From Podarcis pityusensis (lineage: Eukaryota), in assembly GCA_964106645.2 (NCBI GenBank), contig OZ067039.1: DNA of 64,000 nt, one strand, 5' to 3'. A program made the position numbers and the translations under genes. The notes below the pieces were generated by a model. The model did not search any database. It saw only the letters and a list, made by a program, of their open reading frames with translations, and was not told the DNA's origin. Positions within the stretch are counted from its first letter, which is position 1, and every line of letters begins with the position of its first letter. Shown piece after piece: positions 13,261 through 26,059 of this stretch.

Positions 13261-14344
13261 TGAGGCAGCATGGTTGGGGCATTTTTGCTCTCCTGGCTTC
13301 CCAACAGACTGGGTTGTTGGCATGGAGAGGGGAGAAGTGATTTCTGGGGAAGCTGGCCCATTGTGAGTCACAGTGTGCTGGCAATCTGATGCTCCTGCTG
13401 CCATGCACTGCTTGGGCCAAACTCCCTGCACACTTACCCTCTTCCTCTCAGTAGATGCCAGCAAGCTGCTGTGTTGGAAAGCTTGGAGAGCAACTGTGCC
13501 CCACTTGTGGGGCCTTGGCTGCTCCTGCACTGATCATTTCTCATCTGTCTCCATGGTGCTCGCTACGGACTTGCAGTGCATATGCTCACAAAAGAGTGTA
13601 AGAATAGAGAAAAGGCATGATGGGGTCAACTAGCTCTCTGGCATGCCCACTTGCATTTAGAAGTTGCAACTTGCTATATAAAGAATAACTGATCTCCTTA
13701 CTTAGGAGTAACCTACTTGCAGGTGCCATTTGTCCAGAAATTGCACAGAACATTGCAGAGAAGGTAACACCGCTTAAAACTGAGCGGGGAACCTGCAGCC
13801 CAGTTTCAAAACTCTACTGCTAGGTGTGGCCACCAACAGATTACACCCAAGGGAATACAGCCCACAACACAAAAACGACCCCCCACTCTTGCCTTAAGAG
13901 GGAATCACTTGCCCCAAACAAAATCTAGATATTGATACCTAATAACCAACTCCACTTGTGAGGCCCGCAAAAGCTGCTTTCAATAGCAGTGATGCATACA
14001 GAGAAATAGCTAATGAACATGCACCCTTAGTACATTCTTCTTAAAAATGAAAATAAAACCAAGCCCTTGGTGTAATTCCTGTCTGAGGAACTTTCACCTT
14101 TGGATCAGATAAAAGCTGAAATGTTATGACCTTCTGTGGAAATGGTATACTGAAAACAAAACTGGTATGTGACAGGAGAAGACCTCTGGGAAGAAATGAG
14201 GGAAACTGATAAGTCCACTATGACCAAACAAAGACATTAAACCAATCCCACTGAAACGAATGCATATCAATTGTTAACTGACAGCAGCAGTACTTTGAAT
14301 GCCAAGCAGACTCCAGATTCACCTCTGGAGGATGTTTTATATAC

Positions 14345-14491
14345 CTGGGTAGCCTCAAGGATAAAGTCATGGATGATGATCTGCTCCTCATTAGAGAGGC
14401 ACAGTCTGTCTTTGCTGATAAGGGTCACAGTAAATGCCTCACAGTTCATGGATTCTTCTCGACTTGGCCAGTACACAAATTCATCCTCTGC
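14345..14491 (-). CDS. PTPRG: PTPRG coding exon (~exon 27)
   Basis: [49 protein letters not shown]; acceptor ctttag, donor gtatat; 147 nt. Confidence 0.97.
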
Positions 14492-15312
14492 CTAAAGACA
14501 AAATGAATCAAACAGACCTTTTTGGTATATTTCTTTACTTTCTACATGAGCAAAATTCAAAGAACCAAAACTTGGTTTAATAGGAAGAAATACAAATTGA
14601 TCTTTCTTTCTTTTTACAAAATGTATCCTGTTAAAACAACAGTATGAATATCATAGGGATACTCTGAGCTTCCCAATCAGGGCAAGTTTGATATTTAATT
14701 GGTTTCACAGGGAACTGCATATTTTAGAACATTTATAAAATTAAAATTTTATAGAGAGGTACAGATTTTGCAGAAATACAATAACATTTTATAATGTGGT
14801 TTTTCATGTCTTAAGGTAAGCACCTGCTTGAAGCCACAAAGGTCATTAGATATTGACATGTTATTTCCTTTATTTGCTATCCATAGAGCCCTTTAGGACT
14901 TGATTCAAAGCCTCAAAATTCCCTTTTATAATAGTAACTTCAGGACATACAGAGATACTATATGTGTATAACACACACACACACACACACGGGCACACAC
15001 ACACACCCTACAGTTGTACTTCATGCTATATATTTTTAAAGTATTGTAAGTTCACAATGAATTTTGAAGAATAAAAATGAATTTTCCTTAAATATTCTGC
15101 TTCTATTTAATTTTCAAAATCAGTACATTAAAAACATAACACCACACATATACACACACCCCTCATTCTTAACAGCATTGATCCAGATAACCCGATTCTG
15201 GTTTGGGAAATCCAACCAAAATAAAACCTGCTTAGGACAGCACAAACTTAGTTAAGGGCACATAACTGTTAGAATCTACATCTTACCCTGAATTCAGTGT
15301 GAATACCTGAGA

Positions 15313-15450
15313 ACAGGGGTAGCCAACCTGGTACTCTCCAGATGTTGCAAATGAGCATTTCCATCAGCCATAGACAGAATGGCCAATGGTCAGGAATGAT
15401 GGAGGTTGCAGTCTACAATATCTGGATGGCACCATGTTGCCTACTCCTGC
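15313..15450. repeat. Short palindromic squamate repeat (cagatgtt...actacaactccc...gggagttgtagt...acatctg); further copies near 29190, 32060, 34355, 36506, 38750, 49067, 50310, 51964
   Basis: Dispersed, mutually similar ~130-bp hairpin-like units with caggggt...tactcctg-like ends. Confidence 0.7.
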
Positions 15451-16307
15451 CTTAGAAAATGACATTGTGTCCCAACCAGTGACGAATGCTGGCAGACAAA
15501 GAGCCCTGGAGCAGATGGAAATGTGGGCTCGCTCTCTTGTTCTTCTAATCAGTTTTGGAGTTCATATACCAGAAGCCCACAGTTCCAGGAGAAATACCAC
15601 CAGAGTCATGGGAGGAATACAGATTCTAGTCCTGTGCCATAGTCCACAAATCCATTAGATATTATGGGAAGGTGCAGATAAATTATGACTGCCACTTCAC
15701 TGCTCACTAAGAACCATTATGCCAACAACTCACTGTGTGTTTCTGTCTTTCTACACAACCAATCAACTGGGATAACAACTATTTAGGCACCTGCAGTAAT
15801 TTAATGGAAATGACAACATACTGCTCAGCTGTTTTGTAAGATGCCCGTCTATAGAGCTCCACTGCAACAGTAAACAAAGTAATTTTACATGTTCTGTTGT
15901 TCAAGAAGATAAGGGCAGGCAGATATTATTTCTCATTGGCATTAGAGAAAGAGAGGTCACAAATGGAGATTGATATCCCTGAGGGGTGACCGGTGCAAAA
16001 GCGCTAAAGTTTTCCTTTCCTTTTGAAAAAGCTCACTGGATAGACTTTGCCTTCACAGTAGGGCAGCACAGAACTGGGACATTTTGCAGGGATGCTGACA
16101 GAACACAACAGGTTTCCTCCCTCCCACTGTCTTCCCTCAACTTCTTTCCCAGGCGTCTTTGGATACTGTGGATTATGGAACTGTTAAAGGAGACATCAAC
16201 TATGCTTTGCATTGAAATACAGCCATAATATGTAGTTAAGTGGCCCAGTTCTTGCTCCCTGCTGTGATACATCATTAATATAAAGTAGGTGGAGTTAAAT
16301 AACTTAC

Positions 16308-16436
16308 AAAGCTCTGGTTATCCGGAAGCATGACAATGATCTGTGCATTGTGATCCCAGATCATTCTCCAGAAATCTTTAGTCGTGTGTGGCAGGGGATG
16401 TTGTGTAATGATGAACTCGTTGCTCCGATAGTAACC
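16308..16436 (-). CDS. PTPRG: PTPRG coding exon (~exon 26)
   Basis: [43 protein letters not shown]; donor gtaagt; 129 nt. Confidence 0.96.
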
Positions 16437-17427
16437 CTTTTAAAGCAAGAACCAAATGCAGCAGTTACTCAGTGCATAGAATAGTTTGGAAACTTCATGG
16501 ATGAGAGCAGACAATACAAGTTTATTAGATTGCTAAATTTTCAAAGCTCCCTGCTGTGTTAATTTATCCTAAAACAATACTGGAGAATATATAAGCGAAA
16601 AATAAACGCTATAAACATGTTTCACTTCTCTGAATAGTTTCCACCAGGAACGGCAACCCACTGAGTGTAGAGGACCACAGTGGAAACAACTAAGATGAGC
16701 TGCAACTAATATTTGTTTACCCTAATTAAAAATAATGGATTCAGCACAGTTATTAGATATATTGCCTTCCTTCTGTGATGCCACTTGTTCTAGTTTCTGG
16801 TACAGCAAATGTCACTTCAGATGTTTTAAAAAAATTCCTCCAGTAGAATGACACTGTCAATGACAAAATATGCAAATGACACACAATATGCAACTATGAA
16901 GAATATGACTGGCCAATGTAGGGCATGGCCCATCTCTCCTGCACAGCAGCTCACAGAGCAGTGCAAGCAGGGCAGGATCTCCACAGGACTGAATGAACCT
17001 TTTAACTACACCATAGTCCTTGGCTGGGACATATATCCATTGCAGCATGCTGGTTATTACCTGGAATGGGAGATGTGCTGGGCTCCTCTCATTCTACATA
17101 ATAGCTGGCATGCTTTAGTGAACATCTGCCCAGTCAAGGGCTGGCAAGGGAATCAGAGTTAGAAGACTCAATTGAAGCTCTGTGGTGATCTCATCCCATG
17201 AGCTGTGCATGCAGGAGAGGATGAATTGTGTACCTAATTCCCTAAGTTATAAAAAATGAATTTCTTTTAATTCTAAGCAGCACTGTATAACGTTTGTTGC
17301 ACACAGTGGCTGTTCTTTGGAAAAAAGAATCACCTCATTGAAAAAAGAAACAAAAGAGCTATTTGCAACAATAGATAAAACCAACTGAACAATTTTATAT
17401 TCGGTTACTTTCTGTTGATTTTCTTAC

Positions 17428-17504
17428 CATAATATAAGAGGCATTAATGTAATCAGTTCCTTTCATTCCAGGTAATGGTGCCAGTCCCACCCTTGCTCGT
17501 TCAG
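17428..17504 (-). CDS. PTPRG: PTPRG coding exon (~exon 25)
   Basis: (S)[25 protein letters not shown]; acceptor ttgcag, donor gtaaga; 77 nt. Confidence 0.96.
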
Positions 17505-18117
17505 CTGCAAACAAACAAATGAACAGACGAAAAGCCCATATCAAACAAAACTCACAATCTTAGCACAGCTATCATAACACAACTCCTATTTCTCCCAGGG
17601 CCAGACCCAGTATCATAAAATTTGCTGAGCTCATGCAGGAGATAAAGCTATAAAAATGATAAAAATGAAATGTTTGCACAAGGATATAATTTCAGCAATA
17701 AAATTTTACTACTTTCTGCTATCCCCAGATGCCAAATAATAGTTAATAGCGAATTCCCTCTCCACTATGAAATTCACCCAGGGCCTTGGGCCAGATACTC
17801 CCAGCCTAATTTACATCACAAGTTTGTTGTGAGGATAAATAGAGTCAGGACTATGTGCCTTGAGCTCCTTGGAGAAAGGGCAGAGGATGAAAATGTAATA
17901 AATGAAATAAAGATTTGATGATGATCATATCATTTATGGGCAACTACACACAACAACATTTGATTTATTTTTGCTGCTCTCATCCCTTCCCAAAAGTAGT
18001 GACAGCAACAGCCACTTCCCTAACTTCAGGGCAAGTCAGCAGCTATCCTCTGAGAACCACATTAATTGAAGTTAACTACCACAGAATGCACACACACAGC
18101 AGTGGATTTATCTAGAC

Positions 18118-18362
18118 CAGGTATGTCCAAAGTCTGTTTCGAGGGCCTAATCCAGCCCGCTGGTCGGTTTAATCCAGCCCCCGTGGCAGTTTATTTCCTG
18201 GGGTAAAATCCTAAAAAAATCTCATCAATTCTAAATTCAACCCTAAAAAAGCTCAACAACTTTGGGGTAAAATCCTAAAAAAAGTCAACAACTTTGGTCG
18301 GCCCTCACGGCCCTTCACTTCATCAAATCTGGCCCTCTTTGAAAAAGGTTTGGATACCACTG
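18118..18362. mobile_element. hAT-type MITE
   Basis: Imperfect TIRs caggtatgtccaaa / tttggataccactg with ggccc subterminal repeats; TSD not preserved. Confidence 0.6.
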
Positions 18363-19259
18363 GACTCTTCTAATGACTGCAGAGGTAGCCACGCTTACCA
18401 ATTCTTTTGCGGAGTGAGCATAAAAAACTTCAGCAAAGCAGATAAGCAAAAATGTTTGGCGACTAATGTCAAGGACCCCATATAAGTTTTGCCTCCCAGC
18501 CATTGAAGCGCTTCTAAGGATCAACTTAATATTTCAGATGTAATATTTTTATTGTAGGACTAACACAGACAAATCATCCTTAATGATGCATACCCCATTT
18601 ACTTATTTAGATTTATTCACCCATTGGCATGAAGAATTGAGGTGAATTACAACACTTTGAAAACCAATGCCATAAATATTTGGGACCTGCAACAAAAAGT
18701 TGCAGCATGCAGACCTCCTGTTCAGTGTCCCAGCCAGCCATGCTCTCCTTCACAATACTCTGTTCCATTCCCACGCCTACCTCGTTTTCCATCTCCCCAC
18801 CAACAAACAGCATTATATGGCTATTGAGCATGGGCAGAATGCATTGAGCTGTTCATGGGGGGGGGGGGGGCGGAGTCTTTTCCCTTAGGATTTTTTTCTT
18901 CCCTAAAATTATTTTGCACTTCTGAAAGTGCTGATAATTGAATTTCTGCAGGAAAAGACAAGTGAAAATTCCTGGAAACTGTATTAAGTTCCCTGAAAAT
19001 ATCTGAAAATACTTCATCACTATATTAAACTCTTATACTTTCACTTGGTTCAAAACTTATTTGTATTTATGCATTGGAATGCATTAACATGCATCCAGTA
19101 TCAGGAGCCACAAATCAGATTTATATTTAAAAAGAACTCTGACCCAATAGCACAAAACAATCCAATTGAGGGCCCACATCATTTCATGCAAACACAATTC
19201 AGAATTTAGCACAAGGAAATTATTCAGCACAACAATCAGACTTTAAGATGTGATCTTAC

Positions 19260-19353
19260 ATGGCACAACTGATGAGTTCCTGTTCTTTTCTTTGTTGCAG
19301 TCCTTCTGAGCACTGAAGCACTCCACGTACTTAGCATTGCATTGCATAACCAG
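19260..19353 (-). CDS. PTPRG: PTPRG coding exon (~exon 24), start of D2
   Basis: [31 protein letters not shown](S); acceptor ttttag, donor gtaaga; 94 nt. Confidence 0.96.
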
Positions 19354-19949
19354 CTAAAAAAATAAGCAAGAGTGATTAAGTCCTTTGCAGTTCTTTCTGT
19401 TTCTCACACATGCACACACACAAATATTTCTTATTTCTGGGGAAAAATGCATCTCTGGAAGACTAAACTGTAAAATATGCTAAAAGCATTCAAAACGCCA
19501 AGATGAACTGAACTTTCTGCCTAAAGAAAGGTACTTATACAAACACATGTTGGGCCCTCAAGTTTGCATAGGTCTCATTTATATCATGCAGGGTGAATGA
19601 AATTCCATTCCAACCTGGTTTGACAATGTCGATTTGAGTTCTGCTGAAGACATATTGCAAAGCCCCAAAGATATATGTAGGTCAGAACAGGTCTCAGGAA
19701 ACAAAAAAGCTCTCTCTGTTCTTTTATAAAACTTCAAAACAAGACTACGCCTAAGGAATTTTCCCTCCTTGCTGCTATTGTGAACCTGAATGCTGCAGCT
19801 GAGATCAGTTATTCCTGGGCTTGCCTATTTTGCCTGCCAAGTTGACTGTGATACTTTCAGGGTAAAAAGTGAGCTTACTGTGACTGCTTCTCAAGATACT
19901 TCACAGACAAAATCATCAGATATTTTGTTCCCACTTGAGACGCCACAGT

Positions 19950-20763
19950 TAGTGATATTAAATTCTCAAGAATAATCTTTTGGAGAATATTCTTGACTAA
20001 TGCGAATATTAGAGAATTTTCATTTAAAATAGAATATTCATTTTAATGCATTGAAAATGATATAATTTAATGTATTCAGAATGATATAAGTTGTTAATAT
20101 ACATGTTTATTAATGGGTAAACTTGTTTAGATGGCAACCAAAAATTGTACAGATACTTTTATTCAATGGGGCAATAACATGAATTTACATTCTTTGATTT
20201 TTTTTGCACCAAGCTTGAAATTGAAAATTCAACGTGAATGACTCACCACTAACCATATATGTAGTAAAAGAACCACAGTGAAAATATATAAGCACAAACA
20301 TACTTGTCACTTGCAAGTATCAAATAAAAAAGTAAAACATGTTTTATAGTTAAAGTTAAATCATTCTAAGGTGATGGCACTAGTAATTGTCATGCTAAGG
20401 TTTGGTATAAGAAAACTCAGTAGTTAAATCATATTTTATTTTTCCATTAGAACATGTACATATTACAGGACATGTCAAAAAATACAATTGGCATGTTAAG
20501 GTTTGATACAAGTAAATTCAGTAATAGTCTATCTTGTGCTCCTAATAGCTCTAACACTTAATAACTGTTTTGGTGACTAAAACATAACTTGATAAACATA
20601 ACTATATGCGTACATATAAAAAAGAAGCCATTAACATTAAATATATTATCATTATATGATAATATAATGTCAATCTCTGGTAAATGACACCTTATAAGAT
20701 TGAATGTGGAGAATATTCTCCAGAGAATTTTCTAGCAGAGAATATTCTCACCTCACATCACTA
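19950..20763. mobile_element. AT-rich non-autonomous hAT element
   Basis: 8-bp TSD GCCACAGT (19942-19949 and 20764-20771), TIR TAGTGAT/ATCACTA, subterminal GAGAATATTCTC-type palindromes. Confidence 0.85.
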
Positions 20764-20879
20764 GCCACAGTTAATGCAGGTTCAATAAGTGTAAACCTGG
20801 GTCCTACTTGCTCTACTTTTTATGGATAGTTTTTCACTTGTGTCACTGAAGATGTGGACAAGATCAAGGTGTTACTTTT

Positions 20880-21580
20880 AGTACAGAGAGCCCTTAACAG
20901 CTTGAGACCAGTTTACTTATGAGATCGCCTTACGTTACATGTGCGCTCTCAATCGCTTCAATCTGCAGAATAGGCACCGTTACAGATGACACACAATACT
21001 CATACCACAGTTGTCACAAATCAGTCTTTCAGTGTGGTGGCGCCTATACTTTGGAATTCTCTGCCTATTGACATCAGGAAGGTGCTTTTGCTGTACACCT
21101 TTTGTCACTTGTTTAAAACATGTTTCTTTAGCCAAGCCTATAATGGCACGTAGATGCTGATGTGTTTTAGATATATGTTTTAAATGCGTTTAAAATTCCA
21201 CCCAGTCTGCAATATTTCATTCTTAGGAAAGGTGCTTAGGGTGCAATGGTGATAAACCTGCAGGATCTCTTCAATGACACAGATTATCATGATCCATTTC
21301 AGTCCCACTTTAGGCAAGATATAGGATGGAGACGGCCATGGTCACTTTTGTGGCTGACCTTTTCCAGAAGCTCACAAGGGAGAGTATCCCTGCTGGTTCT
21401 GCTGGACCTATCAGCAGCTTTCAGCACCATCTATCAGGTTGGGATAGCCTCTGATCCATTTCCAGGCTCTGAATTGAAGGATGAGTATTATGTCCTAAAT
21501 GGCATAGGACTGGGATATTTAAATGCCCATCTACTCCTAGGTGAACTTGCCTTACACATTAAGACAACTTCAGAGGTGTA
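20880..21580 (+). mobile_element. Decayed L2-type LINE fragments
   Basis: ORF-track peptide DPFQSHFR...VSLLVLLDLSAAFSTI matches L2/CR1 RT motifs. Confidence 0.65.
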
Positions 21581-21705
21581 ACCAAAAGTCTTTTCATCAG
21601 ACCATTCCTCCCACCCATCCGCATTGATAAAGTACAGTTTTGGTCTGATCACTTTATCCCCCTAGGAAAGGCAGCAGGGCTGAACAAGCTAAGAATGAAG
21701 CTTAC

Positions 21706-21852
21706 CTTGAACTGTTTCTCTAGCCGAGTCTTTCCTCCAATTCCAGGTATGAGAATGCTATTAACATAGCTATGTAGCTGGTTAGCAGAAACTTCAGTCT
21801 CTTTCCCAAGAATGGCTTCCAACAAGGCATCATGAATAAAAACATACTGCTC
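21706..21852 (-). CDS. PTPRG: PTPRG coding exon (~exon 23), end of D1 and linker
   Basis: [49 protein letters not shown]; acceptor ttctag, donor gtaagc; 147 nt. Confidence 0.97.
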
Positions 21853-22809
21853 CTAGAATGGCAGGAAGCAAATAAAGAATGAAGCAAGCCCATAGTAAGT
21901 GGAGCATAGCTTCTTTAAAGGCAACTGTGTGAAGACTGTGTGAAAAGCGCTAGTTCACCTCCGAGTGAGGTTTGTACATCTACAGCTCTCAGAAGGGCCT
22001 TCTTAGTGCTGGCTTCTTGACTTTGGAATGCCTTCCCCTCTTGAAATCTTTTTGACACCAATTTTGGTTGGTTTTGGTGCCAGCTGAAAGCTTGCCTCTT
22101 TAGCCAGATGTATTAGAACACTGATTTTTTTGAGTAAGGTGTAGAGTTTAGAACTGTTGCCTCGCTAGTTTGATTTTATGTTCACTGTATCCCAACCTGG
22201 ACCATTTGCTTAATGAAGGGCAAGTTAAAAATGAACCAACTAAATAAAAATACTGCTTAGATAAATTTTCAGATTTTCCCCATAGTTATCTCTGCTTGCT
22301 TTTTTTCCTTTTGCAGCTTGCTGTTCTGCTTATTATTATTTTTTATGTACTGAATTTCCCTTTTCTTCCTGTATGCCTCAGTTCCCTTCTTTTTCTAAGA
22401 CTATTTTCTCCTTTACTTTTACAAAAAAGGAAAGTGGTGGTGGTAGTGAGACTTGCATCAACTTTAATCAATTGCTGTTCACCTTTACGAAAGTTCTCTG
22501 TGTTATAAAATATACATTACCTTGGCATACTAAAGGCCTTGTGGATACTAAAGACTGTAAGCCTTTGGGTCTAGTATTTTGAAAATTCTCTGTGAAGTGC
22601 TTGGTTTATTTTAAAAGCGACACAATTGCTAAATAATAATACGACAACTACATGCTTTTGCAAACTGAATTCACAGAAAAACATAAGAAATGCAGTATGT
22701 AACCTATGGAGATATTTCAGTGGAAATTACACTTGGCAGACCCTCTTGCAATATTTAATTGGCGACAATAGCTTGCTGCGGTAAAAACAAATGTGTCTCT
22801 GTGTTTTAC

Positions 22810-22945
22810 CTCTGTCTGGACGAGGTAGTTGCGCTGTGTCCTGATGTGTTTCAGGAAACCCAGGGCGTTAACTGTGCTTTTGTCTTTTATCTGTTGCAGC
22901 ATACTGTCTATAACAATGTAGGTACCAGTCCTGCCAACACCAGCG
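22810..22945 (-). CDS. PTPRG: PTPRG coding exon (~exon 22), P-loop AGVGRTG
   Basis: (S)[45 protein letters not shown]; acceptor tgtcag, donor gtaaaa; 136 nt. Confidence 0.97.
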
Positions 22946-23284
22946 CTGACAAAACAGAAGTTTCAGGAGAAAGGCTAGTTAAACACTAATAAAGAATTGC
23001 AACACCATGCTAATATTGATATACAGTAGACGCTTCTTTACATTCACAAAGTCTTGCTCTTTAGATTTTCTATAATATGCAATGGCCAACTTTCAATTTG
23101 CTTGTAATTGCTGGGATCTTAGGTGTTTCTTTGAATCCTCGCACAAGGAACCTTAGCTCCCAGTGAATGCAGCTTCTGGGCCAAAAAAAGGTTGGCCAGT
23201 CTTGCTCAGCATTTAAAGACAGGTCAGCTGGTAAGATTCATTTTCAGTTGGTGATACTCTCCAGGTTTGAGAGAAACTTGGTGC

Positions 23285-23500
23285 GACTTGGTGGTGTAGC
23301 GGTTAGAGTGTTGGACAAGGATGTGGGGTGCAAATCCCTGCTCAGCCAGGAAGCTCAACTTGGGCCAGTCACAGCCTCTCTGCCTAACCTACCTCACAGG
23401 GTTGTTGTGGGGACTAAATGAGGAGAGGGAGAATCATGTATGCCACCTTGAGCTTCTTGAAGAAAAAGGTGGGCTATGAATGCAGTAAGTAAAATAATAT
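23285..23500 (+). mobile_element. Older Squam3-like SINE
   Basis: ggtggtgtagcggttagagtgttggac head; ctaacctacctcacagggttgttgtgggg body; A-rich tail. Confidence 0.7.
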
Positions 23501-24321
23501 ATTAAATAAATATGTGAACATGCAAATATCTGCAAATTTAGGAAGTACATGTAGCACACACAGCTACTCTTTCCCAAAAAGGAGTCTTACATTTTGCAAT
23601 CAGAACATATTAAGGAATCCCACTGATGAAAGTAGGATTCATTTACTTTTGCCCTTTCTGACAATTAAAAAAGCTCCAAAACATTCAACCCTTTAGCGGT
23701 AATTCAAAGCTAAAAAAAATAAGCCAAAATGTAAGAATACAGCATGTTAAAACAACAATACATTAAAAAGTCTGGAAAAGTTTAAATGTCTTCATCTGAT
23801 GAATTCTTTTCTGAATCTGTTGTGGTTAAAGAAAAAGTTGCAAATGTTCTTGAGCAGCTGTGGTGTGGCATAGGGCAGTTCTGGATTAAACCTATTCGGT
23901 AGAACCTGAAAGCTCTGTCCCATAAAATGACAGCAAGCGATCACAGCATGAAATCCTGCAGCGAACTGCATAATCCTCTAGAATTCAATAAAAACTGCCC
24001 AGTTCTGCTGTGGATTACAGAATTATCAGATCCCAGAAAGTCATTCATCTATATAAGAGAATTTCACCCAGCAATGTGATGTGCTGTGCGGGACAGTTAA
24101 TAAACTTGTATTGGACCAGAGAAATTGAAGTTCAAACTGTGGTTCAGCCAATGATTCAGTGAATGGTGTTGATAAATCACAATCTCTTCCTATTGCAAAA
24201 TGGATATAATTGATTGTAAAGTGCACGATACATATGGGAAATACTGTTATGCTCTACTTCAGTTGTATATTAATCTACAACATGTTGCACGCAAAATTAG
24301 ACTGAACTTGCCCAGCTGTAC

Positions 24322-24485
24322 CTGCAGTGCACAACCACTGGGCCCATCTCAGCAGTCCTGGCTGCAGAGGATCTTCTTACAAATGTCAGCACTGGCAGTG
24401 CATATTCAGGCACACCCATGTCGGGCCACTGTGTGTAGTGATACTGAATGACCGTCCGTTCATTCTGTCGTCCTTTAGGGTTCCC
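24322..24485 (-). CDS. PTPRG: PTPRG coding exon (~exon 21), WPD loop and catalytic His-Cys
   Basis: [54 protein letters not shown](S); acceptor cactag, donor gtacag; 164 nt. Confidence 0.95.
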
Positions 24486-24594
24486 CTAGTGAGCCAGAAT
24501 ATATGAAACACATACAGGAGGAAAACATATTAGTTGGGGATTGAACTGCACCATGTTCAGGTGTGAGATAAGCTTTAACCAGTGCCTATTCTTC

Positions 24595-24925
24595 TAATTT
24601 TTTTTTTTAAATCATTTTCACCTTTTGCAAATATTTTAACAAGAGAAACAAAATCTTTGCAAGTCTAATTTACCTTCCCCTCAACTTCCCTCCTTTCTGC
24701 GGTTATTTATTTTATATCTTTTTATTACTGCACATCTAATTCAAATATATTTACTAATTTTCCCTTATCTTCCCCTTAATTATCTCTTATTGTGCATGTT
24801 TATATCAGTCCCACTAATGTTTTGATTTGTTTACAGTGTATCTTCAAATAGTCAATAATTTCCCCCCCATTCTATTTTAAAAAGTCTCTCTTCTTGATTT
24901 CTTACTCTTTTGGCGAGTTTCTCAA
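24595..24925 (-). mobile_element. L1 LINE 3' fragment
   Basis: Minus strand reads LAKRVRNQEERLFKIEWGEIIDYL, resembling a squamate L1 ORF2 C-terminus, followed by an A-rich tail. Confidence 0.55.
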
Positions 24926-25924
24926 TTTCTTCTTTTAACTTGCTGCAAAAATATATAAATAAAATCACGATACTTTTCTACAAAGACTAAATAAATCACT
25001 GGCAGAAAGGTTGGTCTTTCTTGGTTTTCCATGCCCATGTGCCCCACACCTGACATCATGTTTGGTGTAGGTGTGGGCAGGTGAAGACATACTGGTAGCT
25101 GGATTGACTGCTTGTGCAGCTGATCCCTGCAAAAAGCAGGATTGAACTCTACATGCTTGAGCTGAAAAATAGGATTACATAGGCAAAACAACTGCCTAGC
25201 AATGACTCTCATTCTACAAGCACAGCCATTATTCAAATACCTGCCTCTGTGACCTTTCTTTGTGCATGTAGGGTAGTTGAGCATCCCCAGAACCAATTTA
25301 CTAGTAGAGACATCATTCCATGCCAGAATGAAAGCTCTTCCATTTTATGACAGGATGCCATTGTGGCACTGCAGGCTTTGGACCTTGGGGTCTCAAATTT
25401 CACTGGGGCCCTGTGCAATGCCAAAATTTGGCACCCCCAGCCTCTTGTGGTCCATTCTAAAGCATAGTTGTGACATGCCCAAGGCTCCATATCCAGTGTG
25501 ACCGAACCACAAAATTGCGCTCCCCTAAATCTGCCTCTGGGGTGGGGCCCCTGGAACATTTGAGGACCTGCTGCGACTGACTGGTTACACAATATAAAGT
25601 TGCTCAGCTCTGGAGTGAACTTGACTCTGTAGTTGTTTCAGTTGCAGAAGAAATATCCAATGTAAAGTGCTGGTGATGTGTTGTGGGATTGGTTTCAGCT
25701 TATGCAGTCAGCTGATGTGGACAGGGTGCTGGTGGATACATACCCGTCCATGTGTCCTCTTGTCCCCCATCCCTCCTGCCTTATTAAATCTAGGAGAGTG
25801 CATTTGAATGGCTGGGTCCAGATATTTCATCAAAGAGATATACAGCAGCTGTGTATATCGCACCCAATAGCATATTCCTAGTGTCTATCCTTTGTCCAAA
25901 CCACAATGCAATAACACTTCTCAC

Positions 25925-26059
25925 CTTTTTCATTTTTGCATTCCTGACTGTGAAGCGGCGGACTGTATAGCAAGCATGTATTTTTGTGCTCTTCAATGTG
26001 ACAATGATATTGCCATATTCTTCACTGTTTTCTGATGGCCAGTATTGGTCACATTTTCT
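25925..26059 (-). CDS. PTPRG: PTPRG coding exon (~exon 20)
   Basis: [45 protein letters not shown]; acceptor ttctcag, donor gtgaga; 135 nt. Confidence 0.97.

Noticed and set aside
25093-25126. Exon-like 34-nt segment (tttttgcag ... gtatgt) in the intron between exons 20 and 21
   Set aside because: Would frameshift D1, does not encode the missing GQK, and has no other support
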